A stretch of 64,000 nt of DNA from Takakia lepidozioides. Lineage: Eukaryota > Plantae > Bryophyta. Both the position numbers and the translations under genes were made by a program. Positions 11,640-25,399 of this stretch are shown here, in pieces; position 1 is the stretch's first letter, and each line of letters starts with the position of its first letter. Location of the stretch: contig CM060734.1 of NCBI GenBank assembly GCA_030704615.1, positions 29,946,001 to 30,010,000 on the forward strand, read 5' to 3'. The notes under the pieces are model-generated. The model searched no databases and was not told the origin of the DNA. It saw only the letters and a list, made by a program, of their open reading frames with translations.

Positions 11640-13410
11640 CACTCCAACGACATCACCTCGTTCCGTGACACCAAGTGGGAGTTAAATCAACTGGAAGAAC
11701 TTCCTTGTCACCCAGTGTCAATCCGACACTAGTATCACCAAGGTGATGTCACATAGTTACGTGTCACTCCATCGTCTGGTGTCACTCCAATCTCTCTCCA
11801 ATCTCTGTCACTCTAAAGAAGGGGGAAGATTTGAGGCTGAAAACCGGCATGCCTTGCTGTTGGCGATCGCACGCTTGCATTAGATTCGTACATTATTGCT
11901 TTTGTTCTCCTTAAAAATACTTGGAATTTTTGATATTTCTGAGCATTATGTATAGGATGATGCCCTGAGTGGAGAGCATTTCCGGATTTGAGGGCCTGAT
12001 GCCGAGGTGGGTAGCCTGAGGGGAAGCCCGAAGATCTGCGAATGCCCGACACTAGGGGCATTACCATGCATAAGGAAATACCAATTTAAAAAAAAAACAA
12101 TCTAATGGTGGTGCATTCCGCATTTTGGAATGCACTCAAGGGAGCTGATGAGGTGGAATGCACCATGAATTCTGCTTTTTAACCCCAAAAGGACTAAGCT
12201 ACCCAAACTGGGTCGGTTAGGTTTAAAAAAGTGTCTGGTTATCACTGGGGTTAAGCCTGATTTGGGCATGTTTAGGCTCTTTGGATAGGTAATCGTGTCA
12301 GCTATGAGGTGGCATTTCCGTATTCGTCATTGGCCTGGCCCGTGGAACACCTAGAGTCTGCCACACTCGTGGTTTTCAGCCCCATTTTGGGCAGCTAACA
12401 TGCCCTCCATCCTACGTGTCAACTAGGGTCAGGTTAGGGAGAAATTCCACGCACCCCCCACCTGCGCAGGGTGGCGCGTCTCCCAACACCCTTTATTGCG
12501 CCCCCTCCACCCTAAAGCGCCCCCATTGGCAGGCAAAGGCACCCTCAAAACCCACATACCTTAGGGCTACCGGCCAAAAAGTATAGGCAAACATAGGTGC
12601 ACATGGAGAAGTCATGGGCAGCGGAAAAAAATCATATGAAGGAGAGCCCCAATTGGTGCGAATTTTTTTTTGTGCTTACACAAACCTGCCCACTACAGTA
12701 CAACCGGAGCGATTGAAAATTCAACGGTTCAGATCTTTTCACCGAATTTTCTAATACGGTTTTGTGCTTGCCCCTTTGAAATTGGGAAATTTGACCCCCC
12801 AAATTGGCCATACAAAGCAGCCCACATGAGAACATGTCAGAAATTTTCAGGGCAGGTGTGGTACCTGGCAGGGTACAAGATTATGGTTTGTGTCATGTCA
12901 AAAAATTTCACAGCTGGGAAATTCGATAAGAAAAGCTGTGTTTTTTTACCCCATTGTAAATAAGAAATTTGTTTTTGGCCCAACTTTCAACATGATAATC
13001 TTGGGAAGATAATAGGAATAATGTAAGAACTTAATGCACACGTGCAAACTCTGACAGGATGGTATGCCGGTTTCCGGCATGTCAAATCTTCCCCACCCGC
13101 TCTTGAGAGTGGAATGGAACTGAAGGAGTGTAAACTCGAGTCCGGGTTACACTGGGTTACAGGACGAGGTGTGTAACTCCACTTGGGGTTACATCAGGTT
13201 ACACGACGAGGTGTGTTCGGGGTTACACAGAATGGAGTGTAACTCCTCTCTGTGTAACTCACACTTGGTCTCGAAATTTGACTAAGTCCAAATTTGGTGA
13301 TGTATAAAATGGACTTACCAAAGTTACACGAAACCGGGGTTACAGAGGGTTACACCGATTGGAGGGTTACACTACCGGGGTTACACTAACCAGGGTTACA
13401 CTATAAGTGG
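11640..13410. mobile_element. Probable non-autonomous DNA transposon with subterminal repeats
   Basis: GTGTCAC/GTGACA repeats at 11640-11810 and GGGTTACAC repeats at 13130-13400 flank non-coding sequence. No clear TIR or TSD. Confidence 0.35.
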
Positions 13411-15465
13411 CTTCCATCAAGAATCGATCCCTGCACCTCGCCACCTACAACACTTCCACCTTACCACCATGCTACCCACTACAGCTTGCAACCTACTTGG
13501 ATTCTTAAGTATTTAATAGTGAAACCGAGGTAAGAGGGGGTGGGGAGCATTTGACAGGGGCCCCACCCCCAGGAGCCCAGGCTGCCGGCGAAAGTACTGT
13601 CAGATCACATGCGTCCATTAAGTTCTTACATTATTCCTATTGTCTTATCGAATCCTGCGGTTCGATTTGGACCAGACTTTCTGTGGTCATATCTGGGGTA
13701 GGTAGGAACATATTACAACGGTCAGTTCTACAGGGCCTGAGGAAATCTCAAGATAGAAATTATTTAGTGGGGAAGGGTCAATTTTTTTGGGGTGGACCCA
13801 AAAATTGGGGTTAGTCCTTTAGGGGTTAACTACACAATAAATACAAACAATTTTTTTTGGCTGTGCTTTACGAAAAACAAACGCCGGCAGCCCACAAACT
13901 ATCCCTAATTCTGGTCAGTCCACACCATGAAGCCAAACAAACGTCAGGATGTACACTAACTAACCATGTCACAGCATCACTTAATTATTCACTCTTCTAA
14001 TAATTAATCTGAGATTGCCAATCTTAAGGATCTCATTTCCTCCTACTAGAGATTAGGGAGAGATGCTGCCAATGGGAAGTATATCCTCATAGAGAATGAA
14101 TAAATTATACAACCATAAGCTAATGGAAAATCGATGGAACATAATAGAATATATGGTGTAGGTCAGTCAGGGTCAGATCTTAAGAGGAGAGTTTCATGCT
14201 AAACTCAATCCAAAGCAAGTAGGGGTCGCAGAGACTATTGCATGAAATGTATTGCAGTGACAGCCAGTGATGGGTTCTGATCAGTGACAGAGCTTCAAGA
14301 TACAACAGCCTTGATGAACTGACATCTGGGTCTGCAGGGCCTTACCCTGTTAGTTGAGGATAGGCGGACAGGTTAATGGGGACACTATTTCCCTTGTTGA
14401 CCCACAACTAAGCAGGTCTGTGTTCATTCACTGGTCAACCTTGTAATGTGACCCTGGCAATCACCACAGAATGCGGGGTGAGGGGGTTTGTAGCCACCGC
14501 AAATAGTGGAGTCTTGGGCTCCACGGTTCACATACAGCTCTATGACCTGCTAGCAAGTGTTTACAATCTCAACAACCTGCAACAGCCAGTGATCGAAGCA
14601 AAAAGGACAAACATCTCAAAGCCTAACTAGCTGGGGGCTGCCGGTAGCCACTGCTCTCAACATGTCACACATAGCAAAGCTCTCTGGCCTTGACCCCTGG
14701 AGTAACAAATGGCGACGTCATCCATGGGTGAGGGGGTCACATAGAAAGAGGCCCTAACTAAATTCGTAGGTCCAAGGTTCTATATTAAGTGCAGATACAT
14801 CTGTCCATCGGGCTATGTGGGGGGCACAAAAATTATCAGTCTGTAAATTGCTGCCAATTAGACTCTATACTACAAATACAATTCTCCTCTCCCCTTCTAG
14901 TTCTGTAATTCATTTTGAGATTCAGCTCCAAGAAGATTTCTGTGCCAGGAGCAGATTAAATGACTTGTGGTTGAAGCCAGGGCCAATAAACCACAATCCT
15001 TCCTGACACTTCAAGAACTGGCCGACCAATGACTGCCACAACTTTCCCTCATTCATCGGGGAGCACAAACTGCTGCGATACGACATGACAAAATAGGTGC
15101 GAGAAAGATTACACGCCATTAAGACTCTGAAGACAACCTAATGATGACACAATGAGAAAAAATGAAGGGAGTAAGCAACTAATCTTTTGCGCACATCTGT
15201 GCTTCAGATGATAACTCACTGTCAGTCTCCAGCCCCTGACAGCTCCTGTAGAAATTACACCCTGCACTAGCCTACCCAAGTGCAGGTCTGTCAATACACG
15301 TAAAGAATGATATCCAGGGTCTCAATGCTGCTAATAACATCCCATGAGTTCTAAGGGTGAGAGAATGTCCATCAGATTTTAAGCTTGTGACCTAAATTAA
15401 CTGGATTGTGGGAAATTACTCGGGGGTGTTACACCTGAAGAGTGATTGAGATGTTGAGTTCAACT

Positions 15466-18400
15466 TCAGAACTCAAACTCGCCGTTTGCCTGAACACCCA
15501 AAAATGGAGAGCATATCAGTTTTTCATTTTAATCAATTCATGTAGCTTCATGAGACCCTAGAGGTAATTTGTAATCTTGAACTCCTAGCACAATCAAGCG
15601 TCCATGTTTCAAGTTTGACCACAGAAACAAGCAATCCAAGTCCCTTGGCTTTCAAAGAGTTAGTGACAAAAGAAAAAGCAACCCAGAGGCCCAAATGACA
15701 ATACAGAACCCTAATGCCCCCCAAAAAAGAATCCCCCTTTGGTGACATTGACAGGGGAAGAAGATCGACCTTCACAAAAAGAATGTCGCGGTCATTCAAA
15801 TGCATGATGCCATCCTTAAGAGTGCACTTCCACTTGTTCTTGGATCTTGTGACCTTTCATTCAATACGCAATCACAAGGAGAGGAGTGATGAGTGTGCAA
15901 GGTTGCCAAAGGTTTAGCGGGTGAAATTCCCTAATACAATGGACTACCAACCAACTATGGAGCGCCTGGCATTGTGCACACACACTTTTTACACATTCAA
16001 CATCTGAAGCCACTGGACTACCCCAGCTGCCAGGGACCCCCAGAGAACCCCGGTATCTGACATCTTTGTCTTGCCGAACAATCGCGAAATAAAATATGTT
16101 TAGTATTCAAAAACTTTGAAAAGATAGAGACGTAGTATGCAATACCTGCTAGTTCTTTCAATCATACCTGCCAAACCATGTCTTGAAGCCAAGTGCACCA
16201 AGGATAGTCAACTGGTCTATGCAATAACAGTTGAGCATTCTGACATCAATTTCACATGTTCAAACTTTGGTGTTGACGATTAGAGGGAGAATGGGCACCT
16301 TATCAAAAAGGGCAAGCACAAGATGGTTGGTCTTTGGCTCCTCGTCACCTTGGTCATTCTCGTCGAGCTCATCATCATCATCTTCGTTCAAGGGAGGCTC
16401 TGAGCCATCGGATTCAGCAGGGTCTGGTTTTGCTGCAGGCTTGAGTGTCACATCGTTGGCTGGCTGGGGGTCTATGAATCACACAATACAATATTGTACA
16501 ACACCGTCACATTCATAGCCACCTAAGCTATTTTCCACAGTATAGACTAACCTTACATGGGTGACTACCTCAAAGGGGGGTCAATGTGGAGGCTGGCTCC
16601 TACTACTTTCAATTGACTTTCACTGAACAATGTTTGGGACCAAAACACTTTCCAAAATAATACTTTCAGTAAATCAAGCAACTCGATGGTACTTGCCTTC
16701 CTCGCCTGGCTCGTTATAGTCCTCTTCAGCAACAGCCTCATATACACAAAAAATGATGTCCATATGTTTAGAAGGCACTAAAGTGCGGCAAATGAATAAA
16801 GCACAACATCCCAAAACTTCACTATTTATCAGCAATTGTTGAAGCAGTGCAAGTAGTCAGATGCTGTAAGACCCCACAATGCGGCTCCTTCAAGAGTATC
16901 TGCCCCTAGCACACATGCTACAGATTACCACCATATGTTGCTGAATGAAGCATATGGCCGTCAGATATTCAAGCACTCATGTGGCCAGCCTCCAGCGTTA
17001 GGGATCGCTCTCAGAAGACCAACAGTTGAATAAGGCTGGAAACAGTCAGCACTGGTTGATCCTGTTTTAGCCAACACATGCATGCTTGTTCGACAGAGTA
17101 ATCAAAGCAAGAGGGTACGGCATAATGAATCAGGGAAGTACATCATCATAGTTGTCATCAATACCGTCCAGCTGGGGGATGCCAACTGAGCCAGGTGCAC
17201 ACCTAGCATCTGCAAGAAGTGCTATGGTGGAATCTGCATTCAATCTTTCTTGCAGCCATAGCTGAGAGTCGACACTCTTGCCAGCAACCCTCTGTGCTGC
17301 CCAGCTGGCATTTACTCCCACAGCCTAAGAAAGAGAACAAAAGAAGCTCATTAATACCTCTGATAGCCTCAGTAGACAGAATGACAAACATTTACTGTGG
17401 GGCACAACGATTGCCAAAAGGTTCTGACTTTCTGGCTATTCCCCTTATGAAATTCAGAGTCACGTCAATTTATACATACTATAGGCCTTAAAGCAAGACT
17501 TCCGAGTCGAGCAGGCACCAGACCTCGTGAAGGAGAGCCCATCACTTCAAAATCCCAGAGTTGCACCAGAGGTAGTCTATGCTGGAATTTTCCGGCTGTG
17601 TACAACCAAGGGGAGATGATACTTCTCAAGTGCAGTGCTGTCCCCTTTTACTGAAGACAGGTTCACCTAGCCAGATCATAGTCTAATAGCCAGACAGAGA
17701 CCAAGCACACAGCTAAGTACTTACTGGATGGCTGGAAGTAGAACCGCCTGCTGGAGCCAAATTAAGCTGCATATCCCCAGCCCCATCTCGTTGCGGAATA
17801 TAGTTCCCAGAAATATAACCAGAGGCTATTTCGTCATGCTTCCTCTTGCCTGTGGACAGGGTAAAGAAGTCCTGTGGCCAGCAGTAAAATATATTAGACT
17901 CCAAAAAACACATGACATGTCCCAGCATTGGACACCCACTCTACTAGAGTAGGCCACTTCAAATGTGACAGTCATAAGAAGCCGCCCACCCTAAAAAGTC
18001 TATCAAGTGATGCACCCATCCACCATAAAGAGCCAGATAATTCACTACTCCCATAGGGGACCCTCTATGTACCACTTATAGAATGCATGTACAAATAGCA
18101 AATTCAGGTGATTTTAAGGTCTGAGTTTCCACTACCAGCAGAGCTGTAGATCAACCATCTCCAAAGGGAGGTTCAATTCTGAGTTTAAATCCAAGTAGCC
18201 ATGTAGCATAAATCAATCAAATTGGTAGTACTACCTTTGTGACTGGTGGATTCAGAGGAGTGCTAGCCTGAGTGGTGATAGGAAGCTGTGAAAATCCATT
18301 GTCTTCCTCATCCCTTTCCTCATAGGCTGCAGAGAAGTGGTTCAGAAGATTCATGAATCAGCTAAAAGCATATATTTCTTACAACATGACACATATGCTT

Positions 18401-20569
18401 GTCGTTTGAATACAGGTGGAAAGATTGGACCGAGAATTGCAGGAGGACCAGACCACCTTGAAAATCAAACAGCTTTTCAACCTGAGAGTGCTGTGGTTGC
18501 AGATTACTCTTCAAATTCACTATTTGCAAGGCAACACTAAGTCCCTCAAGCCTCCCACCACTCAACCGAATTAAACCCTGACTACCATTAAGGTAGGAGT
18601 TGGGATTGAAATCAGGGTGCGAGTATGAGTATAGCTGATGTGATCTGGCATCCCCCGTCAAGCTTCAACTACTTCCTGCACAATGTTGACACAGGTTCCC
18701 TGACGAATATTGGGAGAGAGCTCAGAGCAAACACGGGACAAGGAAGGGCAGCCAAAACTTGAGAGCAAGGAGATTTACTTTCATTAACATTGATCTCCAC
18801 AACGCGAGGCTTTTGATTCATCCACGGAGCCGGCTGTTGCTGAAGCACACAGGGACATCCAACACCCCCCGACATCAACTGGTAGCAGATGTAAAAGGAG
18901 AGAAGGGAGAAGCATACTGCTCAATATGGCAGGAGTTAGAGAGATTTATTTGCCAATAATTTGATGTGAAAATGTAATGTGCCACATATCGTACAACTTT
19001 GGTCGTGAATGAAGAGGAAGTCTGTCATAACCCTTGACAACTCTGGATTGTTGCAAGCAAGCATTCTGGAGAAAGTTTCTTGATGCCAACAGGAATGACT
19101 GAGAGTCAGATGCCCGGATAAAAGCCAGCTATATGTCTAAGAAATCCTCACATACAACAACCCTACATAGGAGAAAATTCTGGGAGCCAGGTTCTGGGAG
19201 CCAGTAGACAACATCTGACTGGCTACGGACCACACAAAGTACTCCTCCAGAGTCGCTCCCCATGTGGACACATCGTCAGTGGCTAACAGGTGCAGCTCAG
19301 TTTATCTGGCAACCCCTATGTAAAGCTTTTTAATAAAGAACTTTCACAAGAGACAAGTCATCTCTACCATGTAGGGAGTTGGTCTTCCGAGCTTGACGTC
19401 TAAATGAAGCCCACTGTCGGGCAACAACGATGACTCACTGGGGCCTGGAGGCATGTACTGGTACATGACTGGTTCACCGGTGCTTGTCAGTGTAGGCACC
19501 TGCACACATGAGCAGCAAAAGGAACTGAAGGATTTCCTGGGACCTTTTGTTTTCTTTAACCCTCCTTTTGAGGTTCTCCCTGGCAGCAAAAGAGCAGAAC
19601 TAAACTAAAGAGGGTTCCTACTGCCGTCACGAGGCTTGTCAATTGAGATATCCAAGTTAGAAAGAGCTTGCCTGATCCCACCATAGAAATGCACCCAAGG
19701 AAAGGACACATGACTAATCCACTTACCGGTGGGAAAAGCATCTCAGCTGTAGGGGCCTCATATTCTTCAGTGGCCTCGTAAGGAACATTCAGGTCATGTA
19801 CAGGGGTGGCTGGGTGTGTCCCTGTCTTTGGTGGCAGGTTCGCAGGTGCTTCATGGACTGCACCTCCTTGAATAGCTCCAGATTGCATCATCTTGAGCTC
19901 CCATAGCTGGGTCACAGCAGACTCCAAGGTGAGTAGCTTATACTTTGCAGTTCAGAAGCACAAGGGCCTGAGGGTGTCACATACCGTATGCTGATGGTAT
20001 GCCATATCCCAAATACCCCAGGCTATGTACCTCTCTTTGTTCCCCTCTGGCCCTCATCTTTGTCTGTGCTTCTTCATCCCTACCTGCCTCCCAGCCTGAG
20101 GACATTCTGAGCTCTACCAGCTATACTCAACCAGTACATTTTGGAGCAAAAACCATATCGTCTTTCCATTATCTTCTAGACCAGAAGTGAAACTTCAAAG
20201 CCACATTTCTAGTGTCCACAATAGTGCACATGGAGGTCCCAGCCGCTGCAAAACAAATGAAGTGCACAAATACAACTGGTAACTCCATGGTGCAGCTTGA
20301 ACGAGAAAATAATTTAGAGACATTTTGCAGAAAAGGTAATCACAGTTCTGGAGAAACGCATCCCGCCTCTTACTGCAAAAGAAGGAGATGCACACACACA
20401 CAACCAAAGAAAAGCCCTTTTCCTCGTATAAAAGGGTGAGCGATACACTCACCGCCTGCAGCTCATTTAAAACACCTTCATCAATGCCTTCACTCTGGAA
20501 GTCAGCCCGTACATTGTTGATCACGTCCTCCACCACGTGTAAGTATACATTGTTCACATTTGTTGCCAT
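15466..20569 (-). CDS. TFIIA-L: Transcription initiation factor IIA large subunit (alpha/beta). Exons approx. 20569-20453, 19906-19727, 19499-19368, 18839-18779, 18326-18235, 17871-17725, 17324-17142, 16736-16697, 16471-16299, 15853-15770, 15489-15466
   Basis: N-terminus VYLHVVEDVINNVRADF...VLNELQA-LWELKMMQ; C-terminus NHLVLALFDK-VTRSKNKWKCTLKDGIMHLNDRDILFVK-ANGEFEF*; splice sites give consistent phases. Confidence 0.93.
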
Positions 20570-22294
20570 TTCCTTGTCCTTCCCTTGTGCCTTAACGAAC
20601 GCCAGGGTGCTCGAAGGGAATATAACGGCGATTGAGCTCGAACTTTGAACAATCCTACTGGAATCCTTCTTTTTCTACCAATATTTCAGACTGTTTTGTT
20701 TATTCTGTCACCACACACTTCCTCTCAATCCATTGTGGATAGAGAAAGTGTTTATAAATTTGGCCGACTCCACACCCGACTCCACCAAATTTCTGAAGGC
20801 TCCTAAGAGCTTTCAAGATGTTGTCCGATATGCCCAGGGCTGCTCCACATCACAAGCCCCTTCTGATCTCCCACTTGTCTGTCTTTTTTTTGCTGCTTTC
20901 TGGAACATCTTCTGCTCAACTGACTTCGCTTGCTTCCTTGCCCATTCACTATTGTGGGAACTAGAAAGACGAGAGAGGGAGATTAGTTGGATACACCGAG
21001 GCAAAAGAGAAAAACAGACAGGAGGCCGCTTTCTTACTTAAAGCTAGTATCCTCGACAAATTTACTGGCCTTGCCACTGCAGTAGTCCAAAGGACAGAAT
21101 CGACCAAGTCAGTCAAAAGGAAGGGCAAGCAAGGGTGGACTAACGATTCGACAAGCCGTTGATGAGATCTTTTGCTCAGTACAATTTACTTGCTTTGTTC
21201 CCAAGTATGGAAATGCCTTCAGGAGGGCAAAAGATACAAAAAAGCGCAGCAAGAGACACGACGAAGAGAAGGCTCGGATCTTGCTCTGGAATCTTCTGTT
21301 CAATGACATTCACCAGCTTTTGATACGAAAAACCACCGCCAATGTGTTCACCAAGAAGAACAAAGAGCACAAATACAGAGAGAAAGATATGAAGCGAATC
21401 ACGCAGTCTTGTCCAAACAGAAAGGTTTGCACTTTGAGATGAATGCCGAGGCTTCAACGCTCTCCTCACATCGGCATTCAAGAGAAGGTAGGTGGCACGG
21501 CAGCACATGCACATGTAGGAGAGCGAGCGAGAGAGAAGAGTAGCAGAAACGAGGGCAACGATACGAGGCAAAAGATGGTGCCCGACCTGCAAGCCCTAGA
21601 AGCCGGGTACCCACGCATATATATACCTACCTATGCCTTATGGCCCATGCCCCCATGCTCCCCCTCTTTATTCTTATTTTTATTTTTCAAAGGAAAGGGG
21701 ACAACCCTTGAAAAATCACATGCGGCCGCATGCTTGAAGGCCGGGGTCTGGTGTTTCCTTGGGGGAAAGAAAAAATAAAAAACAAAAACAAAAACAAAAG
21801 GATAGGTAGTGGGACCAAAAAAGGAGCAACTAGATCATTGATCTGCCGCCGGATGCTTGAGCCTAAGAGGTTCAAAATTGAGGTGGTTGGTGTTGCCATT
21901 CTTCCTAGGACACCAATTGCATCTAGAGAGGTCGGAAAGGCTCAGATTGTGACCCACAAATACCCCGAGTAGGGGAGGCCTTTCCAGCCCCACGAGAAGT
22001 CGAAATCTTGGAATGTTTGTAGGCATGTGCATAACAGTATTCCCAAGCTTTGTGTCATTCTCTTAGCAGATTTGTTGTGATGTAGCCAAGACAATGATAG
22101 GGGGAGGAGGGAGAAAAGTATTAACCCCAAGTCCATACCAAGATTAATTAGGGAATGGTACAACAAGCAACGTCAATAAGAATGGGTGGGATTATGGGGT
22201 TTATTTTTTAGGTAGCAAGAAGACAAGCGTAGGAAGGGGCACTACCCACTAGAGGAGAGGCCCTTATTTACGCTGACCCCGTTTGGGTGATATA

Positions 22295-23130
22295 TAATAG
22301 GGATGGAGGGAGGAGTGGAGTAGCTCGACCGACACTTGAATGGGTTGGGCCCACCCCCCTAGAAAGGTATCTAAAGGAGGGAAGGGCTATGCTCTCCATG
22401 GATCTCAAGCTCCTAAAAACCCAAATTGAAGATGGGGGGCTTTATAGAAAAAAAGATAAGTTGGTTTATGGAGTATGTAGGTTGGTTGCATTCAAGTTTT
22501 GTTTGTTGTTAACGATGGTGTGAGGGATCGGATTGCTACGAGGTGAATTTCATTGAAGCACTTGGAAATGTTTTTGAGGATCAATTTGAGGTCGGAATCC
22601 AAAGAATTAAGGCTTCATGTGTGGATGCCTCCACGCACGCCAAGCATGACAACTGTGAGTATACCAATATTCCATCCGTGGTGTCCAAGAGCAAGTATTA
22701 GCGGCGTGTATTTATCCCGTTTATATAACAAAGCTTGTTATGGATAGCAGTAGAAAGTAAATTCCATCAAATGAATGGTAATCTTTTGGTGGGGGTGGGC
22801 GTGGGTAATGGGAGAGGAAATGGGTAGTTTGGTCATTAATAAGAGTCTTGGCAATGACTCATAGGGCCCACCCTTGAAAAAGAGACATTAGTTCTTAGGT
22901 GAAGTGGCTACTTATTACGCGAGACATCTTTTCCAGTGTTGGTATGGTAGCTTGAATTGGAAATACCATAAGGTTGTAGGTCGCATGTAGGTTTTCCAAT
23001 AATGCAGCCCCTGATTTTTTTCAAGTATGAATTTGGTATGCATAGAGTGGTTTTAAAAAGAAATCAATCCGGATATGAGCAATGGTATCTGAATGTCAAT
23101 AACCTAGAAATATGAACTCGGATATGGTAT
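22295..23130 (-). mobile_element. Second, more decayed RLE non-LTR (Dualen-like) 3' fragment
   Basis: Minus strand 22620-22790 reads TIHLMEFTF...KRDKYTPLILALGHHGWNIGILTVVMLGVRGGIH, homologous to 6860-7030. Confidence 0.7.
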
Positions 23131-25084
23131 TAAGAAAATAATAAAATAAAAATGGTACTATTATTCAAATTCAAATTCAATATTGAAATGGCCATTTGAA
23201 TATTCAAGAATACCACAAGGGGAACGTGCTCATCTCATAGGATACCAACCCCCATGCAATTATACACTGAATCAGAATTGATGCATCCATAGTGTCTCGC
23301 AAATGAAGATCAAAGAGTCATTGTTATAATCAAATAGCTAGTATATGTCCCTAGCCCTAAATCTCTACTCTACATTACAAAGTACCCCATTGCATATTAA
23401 CATGATACCCGAACAGACCTGCAGCAACGAGTCGAGCTCTGGTAGGGGGCGGGGAAAGGAGAACCCTAACCGCCGCCTGTTAGGGTTTGGGGGGCCGCCA
23501 GGGAACTCGAGAACCTTCAGGTAGGGTACTACAAATGTTTACGGGAACAGAGAACAGTAGGTTAGGTTAGGAGAGACCCGGGTTGATGCCCGACGAAACC
23601 TAGATACCAGACCAACACTGGTCTTTTCTCTCTCTTAGCAAAGACTTGCAAGCATGAGCATGGAAGGAATCATTGTTGGATAGTATAGTTTGGAGGACGG
23701 CTTTGATACATGTTGACATTGATAAAGGTGAACCATCTAGTATTGTAGTGATAGTTTGTAGAGGGGTTATAGATGATATGATTGTGCCGAATAATGCCTA
23801 GACCATGGATGATTGCGTCTGTGCATAGACTGAACAAGTATGGCCCAGGTGTCTAGGGCGGCGGAATTGATATAGTGGCAAAAGGCGTAAAGGTGAGGGG
23901 TAAAGAGAACAAGCGGCTAGTCGCGTAATGGCTCCACCTTTTTTTTTTTTTTTTTTTTTTAACAAAACAGTAAAACCATAGGGGGGGGTTCATTTTTGTG
24001 CAGGGAAGCAGGCCTAAAGGTGCCCTCAACGGTAGCTCAATTCCGAACAGGGGCACATGACATTTCAACTCAGGGAGCACATGCATTACCGGTAAGTGAG
24101 TGTGTGGAGGGGCTGCAGATTAAGGTGTCGTCAACGACATCTTAATTCCCAGCCCTGTGCCAACCTGGTTGACATGTGCTGAAATGGGCTGCGAGTTAAG
24201 CTGTCGTCAATGTCTTCTTTCCTGCGCATGCTCATCCCTGATGATACATGTTGTTGCAGTCATCCATGGTTTACTCGTCTGTGCAATTTTTCATCCGATA
24301 ATCATCCAACGTTCATCCATTCCCGTTTGCGTTCATCCCACATACATTCATCCGAAACCTTTTTCATCGCATTTTCGTGCCACATTGTCGTCATGGAGTA
24401 TGTCTGTCTTCGATCCGATCGAACGGACACTGCATCCTTGTAGTGGAGTTCGCGTCCACGGCTATAGGCCCACTTGTTCCCTCGGTTTTGGGGTCCGCAT
24501 CAGTAATCTGCTCACGCTTTCAATCTGCTCACGCATTAGGGAATCTGCTCACGGGTTCTGCTCCACCTTAGCTGCCCTCTTCATTGTGTTCACTTTCATT
24601 ATCACTACAAGAAGATGTCTTTATGCTTGTGAGTGCGGAGTGTAATGATTAGTTTAGTACTTGTGTTGGTGTACACCAAGGAGTGAGAGAGCTAGGAAAA
24701 GCTCAAGTATCTCACAGACTTGCGAGATGTTGCAAGGAAAATGTGCTTGGTGAAGTTGGAGCAACGCTACGGCGTAAGCGGTGAGGCGTGAGCAGTGAGC
24801 GCATGCTTACGCGGGGCGGATGTGGCGTGAGCCCATGCTCAGGCCACATCAGCGTGATCAGATATCACGTCAGCGCGAACGAAGGTCATGTCAGCAAATG
24901 CCACAAGACGGGCGGTCGAAGAAAGAGTACATATTCCCGCTGGACCTATAACCGCGGAAATAGGCATGTACAGTATGATGAAATTAGACCCCATTATGAA
25001 ATAAGAGCTCATGGCTTCAACGAATAGGTAGGACTGTTAACTGCTGACTTATGTTGCATATTGCAAACAAGACGACACCATTTT

Positions 25085-25360
25085 GAGTGGCAATTGCCAA
25101 AAAAAAAACAAAAAACATATCCTCTCAAAGTGGTGGGCAGCACTGCACACCACTTTCAGTTTCAGTGGCATCTGTGGGCAAAAAAACCCTAGAAAAAAGC
25201 CCTGAAAGTGGTGTGCGGCACCGCACTCCACTTTCAATGGCATCTGTGGAAAAAAAAAAAAAAAAAAAAACTTTAAAAATCTCTTAAAAACCCAAAAAAA
25301 GAAAAAACCCCTGAAAAGGGGTGTGCGGCACCGCACACCTCTTTCAGTGGTATCGCACAC
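25085..25360. repeat. Cluster of three palindromic repeats (AAAGTGGTGTGCGGCACCGCACACCACTTT-like) with A-tracts
   Basis: Copies at about 25128, 25204 and 25313. Confidence 0.75.
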
Positions 25361-25399
25361 TTAAAAAAAACCCTAAAAAAATTAGGAAGCTCAAGAGGT

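Noticed and set aside
12140-12175. Hammerhead ribozyme core (CTGATGAG...); similar at 32595 and 43102
   Set aside because: No stem II followed by GAAA, and no closing helices.
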